A DNA stretch of 64,000 bases, taken from positions 868,001-932,000 of the forward strand of contig OZ237739.1 in NCBI GenBank assembly GCA_965178125.1, written 5' to 3'. This document shows, one piece after another, positions 13,797 through 24,095 of the stretch. Each line of letters opens with the position of its first letter. Within the stretch, counting starts at the first letter, position 1. The position numbers were made by a program, and so were the translations under genes. A model generated the notes under the pieces. It made no database searches, was not told the origin of the DNA, and saw nothing but the letters and a program-made list of their open reading frames with translations. The stretch comes from Bilabrum cf. latius. Taxonomy: Eukaryota.

Positions 13797-14985
13797 ATGG
13801 AAGGATTCACAAGTTCTCGACGCAGAAATCGACGGAGTGCTCGTTCGCTTCTTGCGGAAGAAAGCGCCGCTTAGGAGCGAGCTGGGCACTCTAGTCGAGG
13901 GAAGCGGAGGGCAAACGGGATTCCAGACTCAAGCTTAATACGGCAGGAGGCTGAGGGCGATGTTGCTGCGGGGCGCCAGCTCAGAAATCGTAATTCTGCA
14001 AGGCGTTCCAGGGACAAGCGCCTTGCCCAGGAGTCCTCGTTCGCACAGGCTGCGACAGAGCTTGAGCAAGCGTAAGAATCATAATAACTACAGCCTAATT
14101 GCAATCTGTAATGCAAGGAGTCAAATCGGCCCCTTCATAGCTCTTTTGCCATTCCACGTTTGCAGACTCATCCTGGAAAGGTCCTCACTGTCAACCGCTG
14201 GAACGCACGCGGTGAAGGCCGCTGAAGCCGCCTCGAGGGAAGCTTTTGTGAAGCTTGAACCCTAGCGCCGCGCAGTCGGCTCGAGAACTGATACTCGGGA
14301 TGAGGAGCTCCAGCGAAAAGCACGCGAGGGCGATGACGATGCCAGGCGAATCTTAAAGAATCGGGAGAGCGCTCGAATGTCCAGGCAGCGTCGCATCGAT
14401 GCCTGGAATAAAGCTTGCCTCAGGCTGCTGGTAGCAGCCGCCCAAGTAGAGACTGGCCTAATGCCTCGCGCTGCGGAAACTGCTCGCTCTGTCCAGGCCG
14501 CCATTGATGAGGCCCGCAAGTGCCAGGCCGAGTTCGGCGCAAAGGCCTCTGGCCCCAGTACCAGCGCGCGAGCGAAGGCGACACTCGCTGGGTCTCCTGC
14601 GCGGGCGCGGGCTTGGACAGACTCATCCTCGGTGGGCGCGTCCACTGTCTCGCGAGGCTCTGCCCGCTCGGTGGAAGAGGGCGACAAATCGCCGGCATCC
14701 CGGCCGTCGTCTGCCCTGTCGCAGCGCAGTCGTCGTTCGGACTCGGAGCTGTCTGGGTGCGACGCGCCTCTGCCCACGCAGTTCGGCAGCTCGGCTGACT
14801 TCTCCCGCGGGCTCATGCCCCGCTCGCTCGGCACGGGCCGTTCCGGGCCCACGTAGTCTCTTTCCTCTCTTCCCCACTCGCAGCAGTCGCACGGCGTGGT
14901 GCTGCCATCGGGCTCGGCAACTCGCCGCGGCTCTCTGGATTCGACCATGGACAACCTATCACCGACTGTCCATGCATTGGCATGA
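13797..14985 (+). CDS. Protein with two bZIP-like basic regions (paralog A1), ~364 aa
   Basis: RQLRNRNSARRSRDKR in exon 1 and RRILKNRESARMSRQRR in exon 2. Phase-2 intron at 14072-14165. TAGs read through; ends TGA. Confidence 0.78.
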
Positions 14986-15190
14986 GTTGGGCACGGTCAG
15001 CGTCATGTCGGGCTTGTCCTTTGGGCATGGCTTGTGCATGGTGCTGATTTGTTGTTCGTCTCAGTTGTTCTATTGTTGTATCTCGTAGTGTTGCGTGACG
15101 CATGGGCACTGCGACTGGGCTCGGCTTGAGCTGGGCCTGGTTGCATGCGTGTGGATTGACGTTGACTTGCGCATCTCGGCTCTCTATTCC
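14382..15190. repeat. 809-bp segment duplicated at 17778-18586 (~99% identical)
   Basis: Direct comparison: offset 3396, about 6 substitutions seen. Confidence 0.95.
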
Positions 15191-15969
15191 ATGGCATGGT
15201 GTCTAGTGTCCGACGGCTGCCTGACTATATGCAGGTGCCGTAGGCTTGGCCTTTGCTGTTTGCGAGCATCGTGGTAGAGGGTGTTGCGTTTCGGTTAGTA
15301 GCTCGCGGTTTCGTTTGTGGTGATTGCCTCGATGGTACTGCCATTTTGCTGTTCAGCAGCGTGTCGTGGTCTGGTCGGTAGCCGCACAGCAGCGTATGTT
15401 GCAGTTTCGGATTGTTTGCATGGTCGTCATTAGTCGTTGTCAGTTTGCTTCGCCTGTTGAGCCTGTTTGAGCTGTGCGTCGTTCCATGGATCTGGTCCGA
15501 TCTTGACCGGGTAGGCACTCTTCATTTGCGATGTGAGACGGCGCGTGTATTCGGAGCTCGAGGAAGTGCTTTCGGCAAGATGAGGCTGTATCAGGGACGC
15601 TTTCCACACACCCTATTCGGTGTGTGTCCCCTGTTCAGTCTCGGCTCGCCATGCATCTCGGGTTGCGTGTCCGTGTAGCATTGCAGGTGTAGGAGCCTCT
15701 CTGGCAAACGTGTCCAAGATGGGCAGCGTATGATTTCTCTCAAGGCCTCAAGGGTTAGGTGCGCTTGATTGCGACGAGGTGGCGACCATTGCGACTCTAC
15801 AGACCGCAATGTGTATTCGCTGCTTGCACCTATTTCAAGCAACTTCGGTTGCCACTTTTCCGCACCGACCAATTCACAGCATTGCGGTTGAACACGACTG
15901 GCCTTGCTTCTTGAGCGCCGCCGCATGCCGTGCTGTTACGATTCCGACCGTGCGATATCCCATTGCTAC

Positions 15970-16300
15970 GTGCTTGCCTGCTGAGATGCGCTTGTTTGTC
16001 GTTCGATCCCACCTGTCGCTGGGCCCTGTGGAGGTGGGCCTGGCGGTGTGCTTGTGTTGCTGCCCGTGGGTATTCCCTGTGGGCGGCTTGTTCGCGATGC
16101 GCGTTCTGTTCCTGCGAACAGTACGGAGACAGTCTGTGGTCGATCTGGGGGAGCCGTGGTGGGCGCTGGGGCCGTGAGGTCCAAGCTGCTCGACTGCGTG
16201 CGAGAGGAGGAGGAGGAGGATAAAGACGAAGACGAAGGCGAGGGGGCGGAGGAAGAGGCGGGGGTGGGGATGCTATCGTGCGTTGGCATGATGGAAGGCA
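15970..16300. repeat. ~330-bp segment duplicated at 18675-18999
   Basis: Direct comparison: a few substitutions and a 6-nt indel in the GAG run. Confidence 0.93.
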
Positions 16301-16845
16301 GCGCAGCCATGGAGGTGGACGACTGCCACTCTCTTGACGGAGAGGGCGAGGGCTTCGACGTGGGCGCCACGTTGCTGGAGGCCAGCATGAGGCAGGAGGA
16401 CGACCACCTGTGCGCCGCCGTGTCGATGGATGGAAACATGTACCTGTCGGAAGACGAAGCTGGCATTGGCTTTGACGCGGTGGATGCGAGCAGGGCCTCG
16501 GCCTCCTCGGCCTCATCCAGCAGCTGCTCGAGCGCGGCTCGCGGCCACGTTGTGCTCCCGGCTGGGACCAAGAAGTGCGGCTGGACTGCGCCCGCGATGC
16601 CCCTCCAGCATGACATGCTGCCAGTGCGAGTAGTGGCTGACTTCGGCGCTGATTCACTGTTGGCAAGCCGTTGCCACAGCTCTACCGCGCTCGGCCGGAA
16701 ACGCTCCCGGGGTACGGACAGCGCTCTCGGTGGGGCGTCCAAGCGGTACCGCTCTGAGACGCGCTGCGTGGAAGGCGAGGAGTTGAGATTTGCGCAGGCA
16801 TTCTACATGGACTCCCGGGTTGCGGAGGAACCTTGGCTGCAGTGA
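16270..16845 (+). CDS. Hypothetical acidic protein with KR clusters (paralog B1); boundaries uncertain
   Basis: Open frame from MLSCVGMMEG to TGA. The stop overlaps a GTGAGT donor-like site. No recognisable domain. Confidence 0.4.
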   Translation: MLSCVGMMEGSAAMEVDDCHSLDGEGEGFDVGATLLEASMRQEDDHLCAAVSMDGNMYLSEDEAGIGFDAVDASRASASSASSSSCSSAARGHVVLPAGTKKCGWTAPAMPLQHDMLPVRVVADFGADSLLASRCHSSTALGRKRSRGTDSALGGASKRYRSETRCVEGEELRFAQAFYMDSRVAEEPWLQ

Positions 16846-17334
16846 GTATGTGTCTTCTGTCTATTGTGGTGCCTTCATGGCATGGTGCGGTTGGTTGGCA
16901 CTCTGAGGGAAGCCTGGCCTGAGAGCTGCGCTAAACGCGCAGGAAGGCTCAGACTCCAAGTTGATTAGCGAATTGACCCCGTGATATGTTTGATTCACCA
17001 ATTAGTCCAGTATGTGGTGATTATCCCGGTTCAGCTGTCTTTGACCACGCTGCTCGTGCCAGTGGGATGACGAATGACTGCTGGCACGTTACACCCTGCA
17101 CACAACAGCACCAGTACACGCATAGTTCCTTGTCTAACTCTAATAAAATACAAGTGAGAGCAGCACACACCGTTTACAAGTTGTTGCGCGTAATAGATTT
17201 GACAGCGGCAAGCCCGCTACGCCCACCTACACGTTTTTGTTGCAGGTCGACGAGGCTGTCCACCCTCTTTGTTCGGAGATACAGAGAGACCCCAAAACTA
17301 TACAACAAGGACAATCCGATAGATATCGAGTCAA

Positions 17335-18381
17335 ATGCAAACTACGTCGGCCCTGATTTGGGATAGAGACGAACTACGGCGACGGAGGTGTAACAATTCG
17401 GCTAAGAAGTCACGGGACAGAACTAACCACCAACTAGAGAGCTTCCCAACGGCTGCATCCATATTAGAAGGAATGTAAGTAGCTACTAAATAAATAGAAT
17501 AATAGGCGATTTATGAATGATATTCTCCGGCTCCCTATCCTTGTATACACATGCACAGATTGGACTTTGAGGTCAAAAAGTTGTCGACGGCTGATTCGCT
17601 CTTGGTCCGAAAAGCTGCTCAAAATGCGGATGAGCTGTTCGTTCCAAAATAGGTTGTACCTCGAAATGCTGCGTCCCGAAGCAAGCATGGAAGCGATGAA
17701 GAGCTGCGTGAATTGGCTGAAGCCGGGGACCCGGCAGCCATCCGCAACCTTGGCAGACGACTGCGTGAAAGAAAGCGCAGGCAGCGTCGCATCGATGCCT
17801 GGAATAAAGCGTGCCTCAGGCTGCTGGTAGCAGCCGCCCAAGTAGAGACTGGCCTAATGCCTCGCGCTGCGGAAACTGCTCGCTCTGTCCAGGCCGCCAT
17901 CGATGAGGCCCGCAAGTGCCAGGCCGAGTTCGGCGCAAAGGCCTCTGGCCCCAGTACCAGCGCGCGAGCGAAGGCGACACTCGCTGGGTCTCCTGCGCGG
18001 GCGCGGGCTTGGACAGACTCATCCTCGGTGGGCGCGTCCACTGTCTCGCGAGGCTCTGCCCGCTCGGTGGAAGAGGGCGACAAGTCGCCGGCATCCCGGC
18101 CGTCGTCTGCCCTGTCGCAGCGCAGTCGTCGTTCGGACTCGGAGCTGTCTGGGTGCGACGCGCCTCTGCCCACGCAGTTCGGCAGCTCGGCTGACTTCTC
18201 CCGCGGGCTCATGCCCCGCTCGCTCGGCACGGGCCGTTCCGGGCCCACGTAGTCTCTTTTCTCTCTTCCCCACTCGCAGCAGTCGCACGGCGTGGTGCTG
18301 CCATCGGGCTCGGCAACTTGCCGCGGCTCTCTGGATTCGACCATGGACAACCTATCACCGACTGTCCATGCATTGGCATGA
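17335..18381 (+). CDS. bZIP-like basic-region protein (paralog A2), ~320 aa; start uncertain
   Basis: RRRRCNNSAKKSRDR in exon 1. Intron 17475-17558 has the same position and phase as in A1. Exon 2 aligns with A1. Ends TGA. Confidence 0.72.
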
Positions 18382-18586
18382 GTTGGGCACGGTCAGCGTC
18401 ATGTCGGGCTTGTCCTTTGGGCATGGCTTGTGCATGGTGCTGATTTGTTGTTCGTCTCAGTTGTTCTATTATTGTATCTCGTAGTGTTGCGTGACGCATG
18501 GGCACTGCGACTGGGCTCGGCTTGAGCTGGGCCTGGTTGCATGCGTGTGGATTGACGTTGACTTGCGCATCTCGGCTCTCTATTCC
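17778..18586. repeat. Second copy of the 809-bp segment
   Basis: Matches 14382-15190. Confidence 0.95.
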
Positions 18587-18674
18587 CAACCTCGGTCCTT
18601 CTATCTCAGAGCATTCGCTAGACTGCTCCAACTATTACGGACGTGGGTTGCCAGCGCGGTGTAGCCTATTGGCT

Positions 18675-18999
18675 GTGCTTGCCTGCTGAGATGCGCTTGT
18701 TTGTCGTTCGATCCCACCTGTCGCTGGGCCCTGTGGAGGTGGGCCTGGCGGTGTGCTTGTGTTGCTGCCCATGGGTATTCCCTGTGGGCTGCTTGTTCGC
18801 GATGCGCGTTCTGTTCCTGCAAACAGTACGGAGACAGTCTGTGGTCGATCTGGGGGAGCCGTGGTGGGCGCTGGGGCCGTGAGGTCCAAGCTGCTCGACT
18901 GCGTGCGAGAGGAGGAGGTGGAGGATGAAGACGAAGGCGAGGGGGCGGAGGAAGAGGCGGGGGTGGGGATGCTATCGTGCGTTGGCATGATGGAAGGCA
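18675..18999. repeat. Second copy of the ~330-bp segment
   Basis: Matches 15970-16300. Confidence 0.93.
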
Positions 19000-19547
19000 T
19001 GCAAGAGGACGCATCCTTCATGCAGATCCCGTACGTGGAGTAGTGCCCCGAGGTGGGATCCAAGCGCAGAAGGGTAAGTGCGCACCACTGCCACTGGCAG
19101 GAAGCTGCGGCCTCGCGTGGCGAGATGGGCTGGCAAGGAATAGGCGTTAGTACCAAGCGTCGACGACGAGACGTCAACATTGACACCCATGGCGCTGAAC
19201 CACACGCCAAGCCTCATCGGAGTGAGCACAAGGAACCAGCGGCTGATACTCTTCGGCCACCGCGAGGAGCCGAACCATGTGTCCATGAGGCGTACAAGTC
19301 TGACAGACAGTGTTTTGAGCCCTTTTTTGAAGGGGCATATCCATCTATTGAAGCTGGATCCTGCCTTTGGGCAACACGAGAGGACGACGGTGAGGACGAG
19401 ACTGCATGCAGCTGCTGGCCCGAGGCGACCACAGGATGCGGAGGTCCAGTGTGGGGTTCGGGCCAGCAAAGCGAAATGTCGTGGGGGGAACTCATGATCA
19501 AGGCTTCTACATCATGCCACGATGCTACCTACGAGGCTGTACTGTAA
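18969..19547 (+). CDS. Hypothetical protein (paralog B2)
   Basis: Same first 10 codons as B1, then different sequence. ORFs 18753 and 19053 join across one TAG. Contains KRRR clusters. Ends TAA. Confidence 0.4.
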
Positions 19548-19740
19548 GGGACCTGATCACATCGCCGGAAGGGGCCTGCCCCCCCGGCGGCGGCCGCCAG
19601 CCGCGGGGCGCAGCGTGCCGCAGTGCTGGAGGTATTGGTCCTCTCTCTCCTTTTTTTATTGCTGCGCCTTCATCATTATTTTTTCATTTGTGGATGAGGC
19701 ATGAAATTGCAGTCATTAGATAATTTCTGAATATATTTAC

Positions 19741-22700
19741 ATGGCATCTGTTGACAGGCTTCGGGTGGTCCTTTTATTTGCGGTGCTCTGTTCGCTAGTA
19801 GCAGTCGTTTGGTTTGGGGCCACGTCCGTTCAGGTAAGAACGCGGGAGCAGGAAGCGCCACTTTCTTGCACCAATAATATACAGTTGGTTTCGTAGCACG
19901 GTCAAATCCGACATTGCAGGACTATGAAGATGCCGCTGCAAGTGTCCAGCGTGGGTTTAAGCGGGCTGAGGAATCTAGTGGGACAACGATGGAGACTGCG
20001 GTACCCGGCACGGAACCGAGTATATTGGCGACAGGAAAAGGATTAAGCTCGCCTCATGGCGGCCATCTGGCTACCATTGATATTGCGAAAGAGTCCTCAA
20101 AGCAGATAGGTTCATCAGCACACAGTTACCTGCTGTCACCTCGCCAGCAAAACGATCTAGAAATGATCCTAAATGGCGCCTATTCACCGCTAGAAGGATT
20201 CATGGTCCGGTATCAGTACAGATCTGTGCTAGATCGGATGCGACTCGGGCCAGAAGATGATGCAACCCTATTTCCGATTCCGGTGACACTGGCAGTTGCA
20301 CGCAGCGAGGCATCCAGAATGTACTTGGGCCAAACCCTGCAGCTTCTTGATAGCAATCGTAGGCCGCTTGCCAGTATGGATGTCCAGGACAAGTTTTCAC
20401 CTGACCTATTGGAAGAGGCGCGCCTCGTGTATGGAACTGACGATGCCCGAAAGCACCCGGGCATACTGGATGCAACTGGCTCCTCCTGTGGCCACCACTG
20501 GCCAAGTACCGGCTCTGAACGGACGGCGTTCACCAGCAACAAATGCACCTTAAGTGAAGATCAGTCATCAAGTCGCTGGAGCAGCCAGCCTTCAGCTCAG
20601 TTGCTGCAAGACGTTGTGTACGTCGGGGGCAGAGTGCAGTCAGCCGAGTCACCGCGGCACTTCGATTTCCAAAGAGACCGACTTGGACCCCGGTAGGTCC
20701 GTGAGATGGCTGCGAGCAAAGGATGGACAGGAATGGCGGCTATTCTGACCAGAAGTCCACTCCTGGGCCCGCAGCTCTCAATCCTGAGGCATGCTGCCTC
20801 TCTTTCGGGCGGGGGTGCTCTAGTGCTGGCCACTGGGGGAGAGCCAGCTGCATGCAGCCGAGCCTCTACTTTGCCCTATGCCGTAAGAATGCATTGCATC
20901 AGGGAGGCACTCACGGAAACCGGCGCGGTTCTGCTAGAGCCCGGCACGATTGCTGTGCCGCCGCAGGATGACGAGCCAGCTAGCTCGTCACAAGGTGCAA
21001 CGGAGGGTCCCATCTAGAGCACCAGCGCGGAAGGGGAATCAAACTAGATCTCCAATGAAGGTGATGCTTCCAGGAAGGAGCCACGCAGCTCTTTAGGTCC
21101 GCTGACATCTGGGCAGCAGGGCCGATTGACCCGAGGCGCTGCCGGGTTGCAACCCAACGCTAGCGAGCACGCAAGAAGGAGCCTTGCCGCCTCCCCACCA
21201 CACCGAGATGATGCCAGCAGCAATCTTGGCAAGCCATTGGGAGCCAGGCCAAGCTCTTTCAGCAGTCACGCGCGCCAAGGTTAGGCACTCGAGGCGATAG
21301 TGTCGCTGCTTCCGCTGGCTGGACGAGCTGCGGGACCCAGAGCAGCGCTGTGGCACATGATCATCATGAAGAATTTTGGTGCCACGCACGTCGTGGTAGG
21401 CAGGAACCACGCTAGCTGCCAGCTAGGAAGTGCTGCATCTGCATCTAAGCGCGGTCACGATTCCGAGCAGCACGGCTTCTACGGACACTACGACGCCTAC
21501 ACTACGGCTGTGGCGTACTCTGGGGAGCTCGGCCTCTCCGTGATAGGGGCCAGAAAGCTGCTGTGGGTGCCGAGGCTAAACTCTTTGCTACCGGCCGACC
21601 TTGTGTCTGCGCGAGAAAAAGTTGAGTATATCAGTGAAAGCGAATTTAGGGAGATGCTTGCTCTCGGGAAACCCGTGCCACCGTGGTTCTGCCCACCAGG
21701 GGTATTCAAGCTCCTGCGAGAAGCGCAGCCGCCAAGGTATGAGAGAGGAACGCTCGTCTTACTCACAGATACAGGGGATGGGCTGGGCCGTGCTTTGGCC
21801 ACCACAGTGGAAAGCATCATGACTGGCATAGTTGGGCATAAGGGCTCGCATGCAGTGGTTCGTTCTCCTACGGACCATTTTGCAAGTTCGATGGGTCATG
21901 CGTGGGGCCCGGAATGGAACCCAGTAGACGGGTGTCAACCGGCAGTGTCCCGTTCCGTGTTTACTGGGACTCAAATTGCAAAGCATGGATCCGTCGTGCT
22001 GGTCGCCTCGAGTGCTGGGTCTGATGCTGCTCTGTAGCACGCCCGATTTACCGCCACGCATGCTGGCGTCGGGTTCTTTCACGCACACGTGCTCCCATTG
22101 GCCGGTAACTGTACCGGCCAGAATTCAGCGGTCACCCCTGGTTTATCGTGGTATGAGTGGCCTGCATCGCCTGATGTTGTCTTGGATCCATCTGTCGTGA
22201 GCCGATTTCGAGCAGCTGCTTCTCTCGCGGGAGCATTGCTGAGTCACGGCTGGGTTCGCTCTGCTGCAGGCCCGCATCCCTCAATGCAGACCAAGCAGGC
22301 GCAAGAGACTAGCGTACTCGCGAAGGCCTAGTCCAGTTGGGATAAGCTCATGGAGCCGAGCTCTGCAGAGGGTACAGCACCGAGTGCGACGGGCACACCG
22401 GAAAGACTTGGTGTTCTTGGCAACACCGCCTTGAATGACAGCACACCGGCCTCTTTTATGAGTGACAAAGCGGTGGTAGAGCAGCACACCAAAGGCCGGA
22501 ACGGAGTAGAAGCAATGAGCTCGTACGCTTAGCTAGACAATTTCCAAGGCGTGTGGTCGATTGCAGGCTAGCCCGAGTAGTATCATACTGGTGATGAAGT
22601 GCCACTCCTCAATAGCTTCGGGCGGCCCAGTCGGGCACAGTGGATTTCTCGCCTGTGCAGTAAGCAAGGGCAATTTGTTCTGTCTAGATTAGGGTCGTTT

Positions 22701-23978
22701 GATGCCGAAGTCGATTTGCTGTTCGGGGCCGGACTCCACCGCATGGCCGGTGCCTTGAAGCAAGCCGCAGTCATTGCAGACTCTACACGATCGCAATCAA
22801 AGTATCCTGCTGTCATCGAGGTTCCCAGCTGGACCGTAATAGGGTTAGAGGGCGCCGTACTATCTTTGGAGGCCGAAATTTCCGCAGCTTCGGAGGTAGG
22901 AGGCTCGGCTCGATCAGCCATCCTGAGGTACTTGCGCTTGCCTTAGGCTTAGAATGCTACAGGTGGTGCTAGTAGCGTAGCAGATGTATTCATGCACGCT
23001 GCAATTCAGAGTGGATAGTACCACCGAGATGTGGATCCGTGGCATTGGGTCGGTGCTTCCAGTGGTGTGACTGGGTCTGTCCCAACTGGCAGCAAGGTGG
23101 TGGTCGCTCGAGGCATCTTATCGTTCGTACGCAGGGTGATGCGGGGTGATGATGAGCACAGCGCGGCGATTGGAGCCATAGGCGATATTAAGCAGTCGTA
23201 CGCCGCCAGTTTCGCGCCTTCTTCCTGTGGCAACAAAGCCGCAGACCAACAACAGGCGTTCCAATTGCTCGGTCCATTTTCGTCATTATCACCGGCTACA
23301 ACTTGGCGAGATCAGGTTATTGGCTCCGCTCAATCCGCGCGGTCATTCGCATGGGACTTGCAGAATACCAGCATGCAGATCGGGGCATCTTCGGCACCAG
23401 CGGTAGCGCTGGTCATCGGAGCTCGCTTGTTGCCATATCTCGATTCCATCCTGCTCATGCAGCCGTGCGCGAGCGCAATTTTGGCCCAGCCTCATTCATA
23501 GGACAGGAAGCTGGTCCGTGCGGTGCTGGACGCACGGGGCGACCTTCTGGCAGCGAGCCACCGCAGGCCCAGCAGCCCTGGATCTTCAGCTGCCGCTCGC
23601 CACCTTGCTGCAGGTGCTTCACCGTTCGACAGCAGATCGCAAACGTCACAGGTGGAGCCCCATACGCCTGCGCGTGATGACGAGCAGGCCGCTGAAGGAG
23701 CCGAAATGTCCTTGCTCGAGCCACGTGTTGCACCCGCACATGTGCCAGCAGCAGGCTCAACTCGCGAGGAAGGTCCTCACCAGGCGGCGGGTGGGGCGGC
23801 AGGAAATGGCGATCGCACGTAGTAGTCGGGTGAAGATGCTGCAGTTTCTGAGGCGAAGGAGTACATTGAGAGGTATCGCGCGCACCAAGCATGGCTCCAT
23901 TGGCGCCACGGGTCGAGGGTGCGGATCGAGGAGACAGTCGCTAGTACGGTGTCTGCGCTCCGAGAGATCGTTCAATGA
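19741..23978 (+). CDS. Membrane-anchored ATP sulfurylase-like / APS kinase-like / putative sulfotransferase-like fusion with degenerate motifs, ~1383 aa
   Basis: Exon 1 (19741-19833) encodes a signal anchor; intron at 19834-19919. Motifs PHGG, DLEMILNGAYSPLEGFM, FPIPVTL, AGPRAALWHMIIMKNFGATHVVVGRNHA and ISESEFREML..G..VPPWF. Eight ORF fragments lie in one frame, joined over TAGs. Ends TGA. Confidence 0.82.
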
Positions 23979-24095
23979 CGTCTGTGCGAGCTGCGCCATT
24001 CGAATGTTTAAGCTGCGTGTGCCTGATGTAGGACGAAGTGATGCGCACACCATCAATGGCAGTTGACTATCCCCAGCATCTAAACCAGACCAAGC

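Noticed and set aside
13797-19547. Duplicated cassette as an LTR element or transposon
   Set aside because: No transposase, RT or integrase motifs, TIRs or target-site duplications were seen. The repeats fall within intron-containing paralogs.
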